Of a DNA stretch of 16,377 bases, positions 16,290 through 16,377 are shown piece by piece; within the stretch, counting starts at the first letter, position 1; each line of letters starts with the position of its first letter. Location of the stretch: positions 1 to 16,377 of the forward strand of contig JAYEOX010000071.1 in the NCBI GenBank assembly GCA_034723415.1. Reading direction: 5' to 3'. The DNA is from Fidelibacterota bacterium. GTDB lineage: Bacteria > Fidelibacterota > Fidelibacteria > Fidelibacterales > Fidelibacteraceae. Below the pieces are notes generated by a model. That model ran no database searches, had not been told where the DNA came from, and saw only the letters and a list, made by a program, of their open reading frames with translations. The position numbers and the translations under genes are program-made.

Positions 16290-16377
16290 ATGTTTAAATC
16301 AATTATTTTTAAAGAATGGATAAAAATTCGTTTAGCTGTAATAATTAGTTTTGTTGTAGTGTTATTACTATTGCTAT
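16290..16377 (+). CDS. Probable ABC membrane/permease subunit, 5' fragment
   Basis: Absent from the ORF track. ATG 9 nt after the ATPase stop, with AAGGA upstream. Reads MFKSIIFKEWIKIRLAVIISFVVVLLLLL: a KE-x-x-x-x-R elbow followed by a TM helix, typical of ABC-2-like permease N-termini. Confidence 0.75.
   Translation, partial: MFKSIIFKEWIKIRLAVIISFVVVLLLLL

Overview
AT-rich (roughly 30% GC by eye) bacterial DNA, most likely from a non-Bacteroidia member of the FCB superphylum (Marinimicrobia/Calditrichota/KSB1/Ignavibacteria-like). This is inferred from YPNPFN-type C-terminal sorting domains together with sigma70-like promoters and Shine-Dalgarno sites. The window holds one divergent cell-envelope locus. 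The minus strand carries, in order: a TonB-dependent receptor, three tandem paralogous lipoproteins (DUF4876-like, lamin-tail-like fold), an outer-membrane beta-barrel (DUF6850-like), two large secreted BNR/Asp-box beta-propeller proteins with T9SS-type C-terminal domains, a terminator, and a truncated CxxxCP membrane 4Fe-4S protein that the ORF track missed. The plus strand carries a non-canonical ABC ATPase and the start of its membrane partner. The best candidate for an undescribed system is this SusD-free TBDR/DUF4876x3/DUF6850/ABC module, with a recombining, loop-diversified lipoprotein array and attached secreted propellers. Family names were recognised from memory of motifs and were not checked against any database. 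No rRNA, tRNA, CRISPR array or transposase was seen.
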